Positions 1-15,000 of a stretch of 64,000 nucleotides of DNA are shown piece by piece. The position numbers and the translations under genes were made by a program. The DNA is from Dimorphilus gyrociliatus. Its lineage: Eukaryota > Animalia > Annelida. The notes under the pieces are model-generated. The model did no database searches, was not told the origin of the DNA, and saw nothing but the letters and a program-made list of their open reading frames with translations. The stretch's first letter is position 1. Each line of letters begins with the position of its first letter. The stretch spans positions 1,667,713 through 1,731,712 of the forward strand of contig CAJFCJ010000004.1 of the NCBI GenBank assembly GCA_904063045.1. Reading direction: 5' to 3'.

Positions 1-1038
1 AGAAGAGAATTTTCTCGCCGTCCAAACGGTCGCGCAAGATTAAACTAACAAGTATTTATAGACGGCCTAATGACACGTTTCCCTACAAGCATGCCATCTG
101 CCTTTCGCTCTCGTGCATAATTCATTCGCGAAATATGCAAATACTATCTTACTTAGGACCCAATGTCGCCAGGCAGATGGGTAATTAAGCATATATACAT
201 GGTAAACTATAGCTGTCTAGGCGTAGTAAGAGTAAGACGACGGCAGCTGAAGAATGACGGTCGATTAATTGGAAAGTTTTCGGCCGCCCACTAATTTCCT
301 CATGGCACGCGTCGAAAAGGGGAAAAGATCTATCGGTAATAAGGACTCTGTAAACAATGCAATGTGCTACAAGTCTCGGCAGGTGCAATTTCTACTCCTT
401 ATATGTGTTATTTTGTTTGAGATATGAACAAAATATCGTTATTGACCATTTTATACGCGGTCAAAGTTGTCGGACAGGTGCGCGGTATATTTTTCGGAAA
501 CTAATCGAAAGAGTATATTGGAAGAGTTTTCGGCGGATCCTTTAATCGTTCGTGAACATTGCCTTCTTTCAAGTATACGCACCTGGCACGCGTCTAATCG
601 GCGTCCTTGGCGTTTTTCACGTGTAAACGATAGAAATGGAGGGTAAAAGAAAGGGAAAAAAAGGAAAGCCGTTTGATCCGTATCGGCCGTTATGATCGCC
701 ACACGCGCCGGCCTTCCTCTTTTCCTTTTGAAGGCAGGAACTAACAAAAAAGCCGCGCAAGGCACCTCTATCAATCACGCGCACGTGATCGGGCCGGTGG
801 GCGGAGCGTAGCAGTTAAGGGGGGCATCATTGCCAATTTTCCAATTCATTCGGCGCCGGAGGTTAGCGGCTACCACTTTGTTCAAGCGGACGAACGACGT
901 TCACACTCCATACGTAACTCCTATCGCCGTCAAACCATAATTGGCAGGAATTCAACAATCCTTATTTACGACATGCCAACCGTCTTGTTTACTTAAGTCG
1001 TCCTTATCGAAAGAGACTTGCATCGACTCGTCATTGAC

Positions 1039-3722
1039 ATGGATCACGATCGACTAGTTAACAAATTAATGGAAATATGCGACGATTACGAGGAAGGTTA
1101 GTGACATATTTGATTTTTTTTTATAAAAAAGGGATCGTACCCTATCCATTGTCACCATCGACACGTTTTGGATTGTGGAAGATAAAAAAAAGAGGGAGAA
1201 CGAGACAGCTGGCAACGAGAAATTTTTTCACCAATCTCGGCGGGAGGTTGAGAAAGGAATGTGACACGACTTTTACGCATATACCCCCAAAACACTGCTT
1301 AGGACCCGACTCAACGCAAAAATTTCCACTTTACAGTGTCATGGCGAACTGACACCAATTCAAAAAACGCAAGAACGAGTTTGAACGCGAGGATTAGCGT
1401 TTTAACATTTAATAAATAGTAGTACCGAGTTAATCTCTTCTTTTTAACAAGTTCCGACAGTTGGTCGTAGAGATAGTTCTTATTGATAAACCCCCCTAAG
1501 GCACCTGCCCTATTTACTTTTCGTAGAATGGAATAACAAAGTTGGGTATATAGACATATATAGTACATAAAATCGCCCACTATATAGATAATAACGTATA
1601 TACTATATGCCAAATAGCCCTTTTATTTCGTTTATAAAGGGTTTATTGTTTGAAAATATGATTTTTAGACTGAATAGAAAGAAAACATATCAGTATTTAG
1701 TATAAAATGCATATAGATAGATATATAGTATCTATATAAGTATGTGAAGCATTTTTTTAAGTATATTTATAGAAAAGAAATAGGATTAAGATGTTGAGAA
1801 ATATTTTCAAGAGAAAGTAAACCCTTTGGGCGGAGTAGGAAATTCGTCTCGATTCTCAGACAGATACGCCTCTAAGTTTGTATATTTGTACAAGGAGTTA
1901 GATTAGTCCACTCGTTCGCTAAACATCTGTTCAGAAATCGTGACGTTTGAATGGCGTCGAGTTGTATGAGAACATTAGGAGGTCGTGCGAAAGGAGTATA
2001 CGACAGAAAATATAATAAGAGAAAAAGAATCTGGGGCCTATAGACTCGAGGCGTTTCTTAAAGATACATATCAGTTTCGACCCTTCATCACCGTATTCAA
2101 TGACATAATTATACTGAAGAATAGATTCACATAGCTATCCCGTAGAGAAAACTGTCCGACCTCTGACACGCTAATTAATTATTTTTTCTTTTCTTCATTT
2201 TTCCCATTCTAGCGGATGAACGCTTTCGCCCATCAAGCCAACTCTACCAACCTTACAATGGTCAAATACAGTTAGCCATCTACGTGAATTCGGGCTTGAT
2301 AACTGTTCATAGTGAGTATTCATTTCCCTCTGCTTCCCCCTTCCTGTACTAATTTAACACCTTTTTTACTTAGTAATTGAAGGGAAGAATTTAAATCCTA
2401 CTAATGCAAACGAACCGTGCCATTCTTTCGTTCAGGTAAAAATTTATTTCTTCCTCTACGGCTTTTGTAGTCATTGTTCAAGACTAGGCAATAAAACCTG
2501 CTAATTATCGCTTTTACGTATAAAAGCCGCTAAAAGACGCCGCCGTCGCATGACGTCACAGTTCTCACAAAAAGCGTTGAAGGGAAAGAAAAATACGGCC
2601 TCTGTTGCCCTTTACCCTTCTGCGTTCTATCTTGACCTATTGTTCAGTCTGCGGGTGTATTCTAAGCGATTTTTCGCTTAGAAATCCTCCCATTTTTCCA
2701 TTTTATTTCATTTCTAACCTATGTTAACCCATGCTCAAATAAAAAATAGGTCAATCTGGCGCCGGATCGGGGTGGGAGGACGACCTGTAGAACGGAAACG
2801 ATTTACTGCAACCGCTGTCCCGTTTACGATGAAAAATTCTCATTGTAAGTTCATTTTTTTCTCACCTTTCGTCACCTATGTGTCATTAATCTCTATCTTA
2901 TTCTCCTTTGGCAAATCGTAGTGAACTCCTGGAAGGCGACGAGCGCAAAAGGGTTATTATAGCTGTATGGCAAACTCATTACGTTGATGCAAGGTAGAGT
3001 ATTGACTCCAAAAGATAAATATAGATTAATCTAATTATCCAATGCTATTTTCCCGCTCTTCGTAGGTATGATGAATTTCTTGGATGTACGTCATTTGGTG
3101 TCAAAAGTATTATTGATGGGAAGAAAACTGTGGACGGCTGGTACTATTTGTTAACACAAGATGTGGGCATAAGGAAACACTTGAGAGCGTCAAAGAAAAA
3201 AAATCAATTACGCAGAGAACTTAGCTCCGTCGATTTATCTTCTAGTCTCTTGCAATCCGAACAATCAACTTGGCTTGAATCAAAAACGGTAACGCCATCT
3301 AGCGGATTTTTAGAACACATAGTATTTTCACTAAAATCCTTTATTAACTTTGTCCAATTACAGCTACTGTTAAAAAGAGATAATAGTGGTTATGGTTTTA
3401 CAATAACTGGTAAATCTCCAGCAAGAGTTTGTAAAGTTGATAAAGGTTCTCAAGCAATTTTGGCTGGCCTACAATGCAACGATGTGATAATTCGCTTAGA
3501 TAATATAAACGTTTCAAAATTATCTGCAGACGCAGTAGTTCGACTAATTAGGTAAAGTTTTTTTAATTGAGGTTAAAAGTTTAATAATCTATTAATAACA
3601 TAATTTTATTTAACAAAAAAAAAAACAGAAATTGTCCTCATTACATGGTTTTGGAAATACAAAGGTTACGTCAACCAGAATTATCATTTCAAAAGGAAAA
3701 TATCTTTCCGCTTCATTTGTAA
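1039..3722 (+). CDS. C2 + PDZ domain protein (RGS3 N-terminus / PsGEF-like), spliced
   Basis: Manually joined exons ~1039-1096 (MDHDRLVNKLMEICDDYEE; tentative), 2213-2311, ~2372-2435, ~2746-2846, ~2922-2993, ~3066-3551, 3629-3722. They give a C2 domain (IQLAIYVNSGLITVHIIEGKNL...CPVYDEKFSF...FLGCTSFGVKSIIDGKKTVDGWYYLLTQDVGIRKHL, like RGS3 GCMSFGVKSLL...GWYYLL) and a PDZ domain (GYGFTITGKSPARVCKVDKGSQAILAGLQCNDVIIRLD). Stop at 3720-3722. Confidence 0.8.
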
Positions 3723-4129
3723 ATATTTTTAAAACGAACGAATAAAGGAGAAGAATAGAAATATATGGACATTCTTTATTTATTCTTTATTCAAATATAT
3801 TTAATCCTTTGTTTTTATTGGTGCTATGAAAACATTTTTAATTAATAAACAACTAATTTATAATACTATACTGGTATACTTTCTCTCTATATATACTGTA
3901 TAACTATGTTTATTTGTTTGTTTATTCTGCTTGTTTATACTTTTTTTTGTTATAGAAATGTTAAAAAAAAGACGATAAAAACATAAAAGTTAATAAATAT
4001 TTAATACGATAATGATTGAAATGAATTAGTTAAGTTGTTTATTTATTTATTTATTTATTTATTTATTACTAATTTATTCTTAAAAGAGTTTATCTGTACA
4101 AATTGGTGTAAATATTTTATTATTGAAAA

Positions 4130-4900
4130 GTGGTTGGATGGACAAATGGGAATCTAAAAACTAATTAAGAGGGAATAAGGCTAAAAGGATACGGTTTGAT
4201 GTCACAAGTTCGAATGAATGTCTAGGTGGGCTTTAATTCTAAAATTCCAAGTTATTTACTATCTTACGGAGGAAGCTAAGATTGAGATTGAAGGACTATG
4301 TTGATTCTCTTGTTCAAAGGATTAGAAGTAGGAAGATAGATGATTCCGAGGTACTTGATAATATCTATGGTAAATGGCTGCCGTTTGATAGCAATAAAGA
4401 GTATTTGAACAAGAATACTGAGGCGGTTGATAAAAGATTACAGTTGTAAAGGGGAAAATTCCAATCGAGCATTCATCTTGAAATAGAGCTGGAAATTGAT
4501 TAAAAATTCATTTAAATGATTCATTTGCTAATAAATAAAAACTTATCAGTAGATACTATCTTAGCTGATAATTTGATGAATAGCTGTAATGGCGTGTATT
4601 TATAGATGAAAAATTGTATTAATTTTCAACGGTAAAAGTAAATCTGATAATAGAAAAGTTAAAATATAAAGAGATCATGTTTACGTGAGAATCGGTATAA
4701 AAAGTAGACCTCCCCATAGCTTCAAAGTAGATCTTGATGAGAAAAGAATGGAGAAGAAAGCCTTTAAAATATACATTTTATCATTGGAATAGCACCCTTC
4801 ACAATGTTAATCATCATATCCAGTTACTTCCAATACAAAAGAGAGTATTTTTCAGCCTCTTCAAATAACAAACCGTTCAAATAAAAAACTCTATTACTCT
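4130..4900 (-). mobile_element. Possible highly decayed non-LTR retrotransposon RT fragment
   Basis: The minus strand reads ...QPFTIDIIKYLGIIY...(frameshift)LNLSFLRKIV, resembling the KYLG motif and downstream L.FLRR of LINE RT. Many stops and frameshifts; no clear YADD. Confidence 0.25.
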
Positions 4901-5374
4901 ATTCTTTTAGCAATACAGTTTTCTTTTCTTCATACATACAGTATTTTCAGTACTGTATATGTAGTATTTATATATTTTATATACTTACATAAAAAAAGAT
5001 CGTCTAGACGAACGTTTCTTTTTTTGTATTACGAAATATGACGCACTTGAACAACAATTAAGATGGCGTATAAGTGTTGAGAAAATGAAATATGGCAGTT
5101 TCAAAAAAAAGACATAATAAACTATATACGTATACAAGACAGTCGCGCGACATTTTTATAGTTCTTTTTGGTATGAGCTTCTGCATGTCTGCTTTTTGAA
5201 TGATAAAACTCCTAGGCAGGTGTTTTCGTTAAAAAATAATCTGAGATATGCACGGAAATAAATTAAAACAAACATAAAATTGGCAAAAAATTTTTTCGCA
5301 ACAAGGCACAATAATAAAACGAAAAATAATGTACGATGAATAAAAAAAATGAAAATTGCAGTAGATGATATGAC

Positions 5375-5375
<1 letters not shown>

Positions 5376-5422
<47 letters not shown>
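5376..5422. repeat. (GA)n microsatellite followed by a purine-rich tract
   Basis: Direct GA dinucleotide run downstream of the PKC stop codon. Confidence 0.95.
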
Positions 5423-5426
<4 letters not shown>

Positions 5427-5659
5427 AAGAAAGAAGAAAGAAAGAATAGAGGAATATAGAGGAGAAATACTTTTAGAAAAGAGAGAGAGAGAGAGGAGGG
5501 GGGAGGGGCAGGGGAGAAAGAGAAGAGGAGAAATATTGAGGAAAAGTATATTAGGAGAGTGAGAGGAGAGAGACGGGATATTTTGGACTAGTAATAGAAT
5601 TTACATAAAAATAAACAAAAATAAAATTGCGATATAAAAACGGAAAAATAAACCATACA

Positions 5660-8597
<2,938 letters not shown>

Positions 8598-8930
8598 GGT
8601 CAGAATCGCCTTCTTCTATGGAGTCATGCGTGAACGTGAATTTTTTTGAGAATGATTACAGGTTATGATGATGGTGGCGTCTCATTTAGGCGGCGCATTT
8701 GATGAAATTCTAGGAGAAATGCAATGCAGAGAAACGGAAGCTAATGATATTTCCCATAATTCATTTTGCGCATGCGTAGCTTCTAGGAACACTTGCTCAA
8801 ATTCTAGGAAGATTTTAAAAATTATGCACAAAAATGTATAAGTATTAAATTAATAAGATATGAATCTATGTTTATTTCGAGGATTATACGAAGTAACAAG
8901 TGAGATAGTCATTTAATTTAGAAACTAAAA
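8598..8930. promoter_or_regulatory. Bidirectional promoter region PKC / ISCA2
   Basis: Divergent start codons only ~330 bp apart. Confidence 0.6.
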
Positions 8931-9707
8931 ATGGCGTCAATGTTTAGAAATATTGCCCATATTTATAGGAAGTTACCTTCTCAAGCCAAGTATGTATTAA
9001 ATTTTCTTTAAATTATACTCACATATGTTCCAAATAAATATATAGAATATACTCTACTTATTAAAATCTAAGAGACAGTGTCTAAAAAGATAGAAGAGAA
9101 AACAAATAAACGAACTTATGATTTCACGGAGTTCTCTTTTTTCGTTTCAGGTATTTTACAAAATTTAACTCACATTCTTATTTATCAAGCAACTGTCACC
9201 GCTTTTCAACTGCAAGTAACGAGAAAACTAGTCTTAATGAGCCTGATGATAATACAATACACTTGTCAGATGCGTGTGTTGAGGTTTGACCACTTCTCAC
9301 CTAAGATGATGTAATAATGAGAAATAACATTGTATTTTTATGACAGAGAATGCAAGCTATCGCTAGTAAAGGAGAGTATCTACGTGTGATAATTGAAGGG
9401 GGAGGATGTTCCGGTTTTCAATATAAATTTAACCTTGATACGGTACTTAACGAAGATGATAAGTCAGTTTACAAATATTGAATGTTGAGTTTATAAATTA
9501 ATTAACAAATGTATTATTTTTTCTATTTCTAGAGTTTTTTCAAATCGAGGAGTGAGCATTGTAGTAGACTCCGAATCGTTTGATTTTATAAAAGGATCCA
9601 CAATTGATTTTCAAGTCGAACTAATAAGAAGTTCTTTCGTCATTATGAATAATCCTAATGCCGAGCAGGGCTGTTCTTGTGGTGCTTCCTTCAACTTGAA
9701 ATTTTAA
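8931..9707 (+). CDS. ISCA2: Iron-sulfur cluster assembly 2 (IscA/HesB family), mitochondrial, 4 exons
   Basis: Not in the ORF track. Exons ~8931-8989, ~9151-9292, ~9346-9465, ~9532-9707 give a transit-like N-terminus [39 protein letters not shown] and C-terminal [14 protein letters not shown] with all three Fe-S cysteines. Confidence 0.93.
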
Positions 9708-10689
9708 ACAATTCTTAATTTGTTGTTGTTTATTTTTTTTAACACCATGATACATCTAAAACTGATTTCCCTTCCCATAAGTGTTTTTGTTTTTATTAAG
9801 TTTTAAGTTAACTTTTATATGAGATAGATGGCGCTGTAATACTTGTCATATGGCGCCACCTGTAAATGAGCTTAAAAAATGATTGACATATGTAGATGAA
9901 GCATTTTCAGAATATTTTATAAAAAATTTACCTCTTTATACAATAACGTATTCGGATATCTAGTAGCTTCCGGCCATTCGACTTTGTTATTTTATCGTTG
10001 AAAGACGCGTAACGATAACGTATCCCATATGTTTGTCAAACTGGGTATTGTTTTCGAATAGGATAGTATTTACAGTCTACAATTTGCGTTATTTCGCCAA
10101 GGGTACACAAGAGAGTGCTGACATTCATACATTTGCGTATAAACCTTTACTACAGTAAATATTGCACATAATTACATGTATTTTATCACACAATCTTTAT
10201 ATTTATACTAAATATAGCACAGTATAGAAAGGTTTATATATATATACTGTATTTATTATAAATATATAAATAATACATATTGTGTGTACATATTTGTAGA
10301 TTTTAGTATATGTGTTTGTATGTATGTGTGGTGGAGTTTATGCTATTTACACAATCATTTTATATTTGGGCAGTCAGTTTTTCGGTTAACATAAGTTAAT
10401 AAACAAATATTTTTAACTTCTAAAAAGTAGATGACGTAAAATGTATTTAAACGGGGAAACCTAAGCCCGTCTTTCTCTCTCTATTTAGATTCTTATGTCG
10501 ATGTCTTTCTTCTTTTCCTTTTTTCTTTGACTTCTATGACCTGAGAGAGCTAACAAAAACGACTATAAAAACACTTTAATTTATAAACAGAATAATTTCC
10601 GGCTTCCAGGCCTACCTCAATCTTTGGCAAATTTCCCAACCATAGGTCATTCGCATTGATCAAGGGCACGCGACGCCTTGGTAAAATCT

Positions 10690-11110
10690 TTATGGATTTG
10701 GCGGGCCAGCGCATGCGCATTGTTTTATAGGCCTTTGGCATATCAAAAAGCCTTATTTGGGATTTGGCGCGCAAAAATAGTTAATTGTAAACATCACGTG
10801 ACTCATGAATGTGCTCTGCTGACGTAGTACGTTGACACTGCCGGCCGGCAAAAACAACTTTTTCCAAAACAAGGCTGTTTACGGGTAAGAGAAAATTATT
10901 TGTGAATGACAAATGATTAGACGCCCTAACAAAGAAAGAAACGAATGGTATTTGTATTTCAATCAAGAGTTAAAAGAACGCCGATTTTTCAGAGCTTTCC
11001 GCTGAAACGTGACGTCACATTTTTACCGAATAAACAATACGCTGCTTACTCACCTGTCAGTCATTTCGTTGCACGAATCAGGAGGAAGGCTCCGCCCACA
11101 TCGGAAGATA
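10690..11110 (+). promoter_or_regulatory. TIS11 upstream promoter motif cluster
   Basis: NRF1-like GCGCATGCGC 10709-10718, CArG box CCTTATTTGG 10751-10760, E2F-like TTTGGCGC 10763-10770, CACGTG ~10795, full CRE TGACGTCA 11010-11017, GC box ~11090. Confidence 0.55.
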
Positions 11111-11253
11111 TTTAACCGCGTTCTAAAACACCGCAGCCACTTGCTGCGAACGTGTCGTGCTTAGAACGACATTTTAGACTCTTTTTTTTTTCTATTGCGA
11201 AATTATCCGGATTTTTTTATTTAATTTTAATCAGAAGACAGAAAGATAAAACT

Positions 11254-11961
11254 ATGTCGACTACAGCGGTTTTACCGACATTCGTCGGCTGGAACGATCT
11301 TCTCTTACAGGTAAATATACGAAATAATTGTCTCAAAATTCGGCCAACGTTGATTTTTTTGTATTCTCTAAAACAATAGCAAGCCATATTTGTACCTGCT
11401 CCGCAACGACCTCGTCAAAAAGAGGACAGACAGAACGATAGGTACAAGACGGAACTATGTCGGCCATTTGAGGAGTCGGGTCATTGCAAGTACGGTGCCA
11501 AATGTCAGTTCGCCCACGGTAAAGGAGAATTACGAGCTACCCAAAGGCACCCGAAATATAAAACGGAACTATGTAGAACCTTTCATTCCTCTGGTTTATG
11601 CCCATACGGTAGAAGATGCCATTTTGTTCATGGTGAGGCTCCTCCAAGTAAAAAACAGGAACAACAACAACAACAGAAAGATCTCCTATATTTTCGCTCC
11701 TTCCATTTGCCCCTAACAAGGAATGACTCGATAGGAAGTTGTGGCTCAGCTAGTTTATCAACTAGCCCATCCGCTTCACCCTCTTTACCGGCTAATGATG
11801 ATGTCTTTCCAAATACGACAAAATTTCAATTTCCTAATGCTCTGGATGCGCTCCCAGCTCAGATAAGACAAGTTTTGGACGAAGATTGTTGTTCGAGCCC
11901 ACTGGACGTCAGTAAGTCGTTACCGACGCTACCGTTTTTCTCGAATTTACACGAATCTTAA
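11254..11961 (+). CDS. TIS11: Tristetraprolin-family tandem CCCH zinc-finger ARE-binding protein (TIS11/ZFP36), 2 exons
   Basis: Exon 1 11254-11310 ([19 protein letters not shown]); exon 2 11380-11961 with [26 protein letters not shown] and [27 protein letters not shown]-terminal [10 protein letters not shown] resembles the CNOT1-binding motif. The zinc-finger portion is missed by the ORF track. Confidence 0.95.
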
Positions 11962-12031
11962 AATAAGAAAGAGGAGATTGATAAAAACTGTAAAAAAATT
12001 TGCTCTTTCTGTGTTTATCAGAAACGATCTT

Positions 12032-12040
12032 TTATTTATT
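12032..12040 (+). promoter_or_regulatory. AU-rich element nonamer UUAUUUAUU in TIS11 3'UTR
   Basis: Exact TTATTTATT 70 nt after the stop codon. Confidence 0.55.
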
Positions 12041-15000
12041 GCAAACTGCAGTGACGTATATACATCCATTGGACATATATATGTATATAACGTATCATAT
12101 AAACATACAAACCAGTATATATTGTATATAATATGTATACGATAATATACATATATACGGCTAAAGAATGTATATACACTATATATATATATATATATAT
12201 ATTTTATATTTTGAAAAATTCATTTTTACATGACTACATGTGTTTTTTGCAAACCTCCCCAAACGTTTACGTATAGTTTCTAGCCTGTAGAAATTTAGTT
12301 TTGATGTATCGCAGTATTGATCAGTGTCTGTAAAAAATTAATTTATTTTTTTTTACACATGTTCTTGTGTTCATTTTTAGTGTCGAAACGATTTAGAAAA
12401 AAGTAACATTTTTTTTTTATTTTAACAATCGACAAAGGAGAAAACTTTGAAGAAAAAAATACAGTAAAAGAAGAAAAATTCTATTTTAAAAAAAAAAAGC
12501 AACCATTTTTTTTTTACTTCATTGTATACACACTGGGCTTCTGCGACATGGCGTCGGCCTATGTCAAAGTTTTTGGCCCGATGCCAATCATTGTATAAAC
12601 AGCGTTAGCGGCTTTAGAAGAGTTTATGAAAAATTATAGCAAACAAGTTGATAAATATACTCCGTAAACCTTTGTATATATATATATATATATCTATATA
12701 TATTTATATATATTCAATGGTTGCATAATACGCAAGAGGGTCGGTGTAGGAAAAAAAAGTCGGAACGGCTTAATTTTGCCCGAGTAGATTTAGTTGCGTA
12801 ATGAGCGACGCCCGAACATGCTTGGAACGAGTTCGACCACGCACGTTCCAAAAATGACTCGCTTGACCGACGTCCGACTCTCACAGGAAAAAACGCGTTA
12901 GAGTCGGTTTAACAGGAAAGCAGGCCTTGATACTGTTAGCGATAACAAATAAGCGGTCGTTTCCGGCTTGAGAGTGGAGATTTTGAATACGGAAGGCGTT
13001 TTTTTTATTTCTCTTTATTCTCATTCTTATAGGCACAATCCGGTTATTTTAATTGTTTACTTTATTAGTAACGAACCGATAAATTCGCTTACTGTTAAGA
13101 GAAAGGTAGTCAGGCTTATCGGATAAGACGCTCATTGACCTTTGACACCCAGCCACGCTAGCCGCCGATTGCTCCCATGTATTTATTTATTAGCAAAAAA
13201 AAGAAAACAAAATAATAATAATAATCTTGTCTGATGAAAATCATTTCTGGCTAGTCCAACTCGAGGAACGACCTTGACCTAAACTGAACCGATTAAAAAA
13301 TGTAAAAGCGAACCAAGTAACAATAGAATATGAGTAGTGTGTATAGTAATTTACCAAGAAGGGATAAAAGATTTTATATAAGAATGGGAATTAATGCTAT
13401 TTGCGCAGGAAATGAAATCACTATTGAACATGGACGTTTTTGAGCAGAGTAAACAATCTGGAGATATCATCGAGAAAAATGCTGGTAGTTTGAAGGGTTT
13501 ACTTAACATTTGACAGATAGCGTTACTTTCGAGTCTGTAAAGGAACGCGTGGGAAATTTTTTCCTAGCATTTAAATATTATACATAGAAAATGATTTCAT
13601 CCATTTAACCCTTTCTTCCCGAATTCTTAACTTAAAATCCAACCAACCCCCCTCCTTATTCTTTTTGTTCTATTTTCTTTCCCCATTCTTTTTCAATTCC
13701 CTTTCTCCCTCCTTCCGCCCACTTACCCACCACCCACGCAACTTCTCCAGAGTCCCAGACTGCCCGAAGGGGCTGGTAAATAATGGCGAGTAAAAGAAGT
13801 TGCGAGTATTCTTTTTAAAAAGGATTTCTATTCAATAGCCACTAGTCTACATAACTGAGCGTCATCGCAGTCCTGACACTTTTACAATAAATAGAATTGA
13901 AAAGGCCTAGAAGAGCGCCATGATGAATATGTGCCCAGAACCCCACACGTTGGCCTACAGAGGGGAGGGGGCAGCGCTAATTAAGTCGAGTGGTAGAGCC
14001 GCAGGGCGAAGTCGTGGGAACCTAGACGCCCCAGCCGTCTCCTGCCGACTTATCGAACGTTATAAAGCGATTTAGGGAGTAAATCACAGAAAGCGAATGC
14101 TTTTCGGCTCCGACCAGTTCAAACGTTACCGACTGAGGACGGTCGTAAAGGGAAGGCGTTAATTCGGTTGTAAAAAAAAAGCTCTATTGCGTGTCTTCTC
14201 TTTCTTAATTAAGAAGCTATTTTCAAGCCTTAAACCTAATTCCTAGCCCCCCTCCAACTATTATAGAAGAGTATTGAAATCTCTTTCTGTTCTAGACTGG
14301 GGGCTATATCGAATGTCTGACACGTTCAAGAACTTCTCAAACAAATCATCTGACCGGGAATCGATCGCTTATCTACCAATAAATCGATAAGGTTGGATAA
14401 GATAAGTCCCGTCACGCCATAACATCGACAACGCATAGAATTCGAAAAAAGTCAAGTTGTACCGACAAAAAAAGACAATTCTTTCTTGTATTGTATTCAT
14501 TTTTTTCCTACACATCTTTTTTTAAACACAACAAACAATACCGTATATTGAAAACGTTACGTAATCGCCGCTAGAATTTCTAAGAAAAAAACGGTGAGAG
14601 TTAGTAATACCCATCCAGGAGAAAATATTGACAGAACGAGTCGTTTCAAAGAGACGCACTGTTGACGCTATTCTTTTAATCCTTCCCCCTCTGCCTAGAT
14701 GAGGAAGGCGGCATGAAGATAGGCGGTAAGTGGGCGTAAAGTATACTAAGAAAAAAAACTACAGAGAGAATGAGTGGGAGAGAGAAAGAGAGAGGTGAAG
14801 TAGTGCCACAGGACTAGAAAGTAGCTAGGAAAGAAAGACAGAAAAGAGAGAGAGGGTGGGAGAGAAAAGTAGAATAATAGAGAAAAAAGAAGCTTTACGA
14901 CTATTACGCAAGATTCACCAACCTAAAGCGCAACGGGCCGTAAGACTTCACGCCGTTAGTTGTTTCTTTGAACGAATCCCCGCGCGGCCAGAATTCGATA

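Noticed and set aside
4038-4067. (ATTT)n run resembling a class II ARE
   Set aside because: A common microsatellite lying beyond several AATAAA signals of the C2-PDZ gene; UTR membership is unsupported.
12822-12851. 8-bp hairpin TTGGAACG...CGTTCCAA containing GTTCGA
   Set aside because: No cloverleaf or A-box, so not a tRNA; too short to call an ncRNA.
13726-13772. GLWRSC claudin-like motif on the minus strand
   Set aside because: No upstream TM1/W exon or downstream TM exons could be assembled, so no claudin gene is called.
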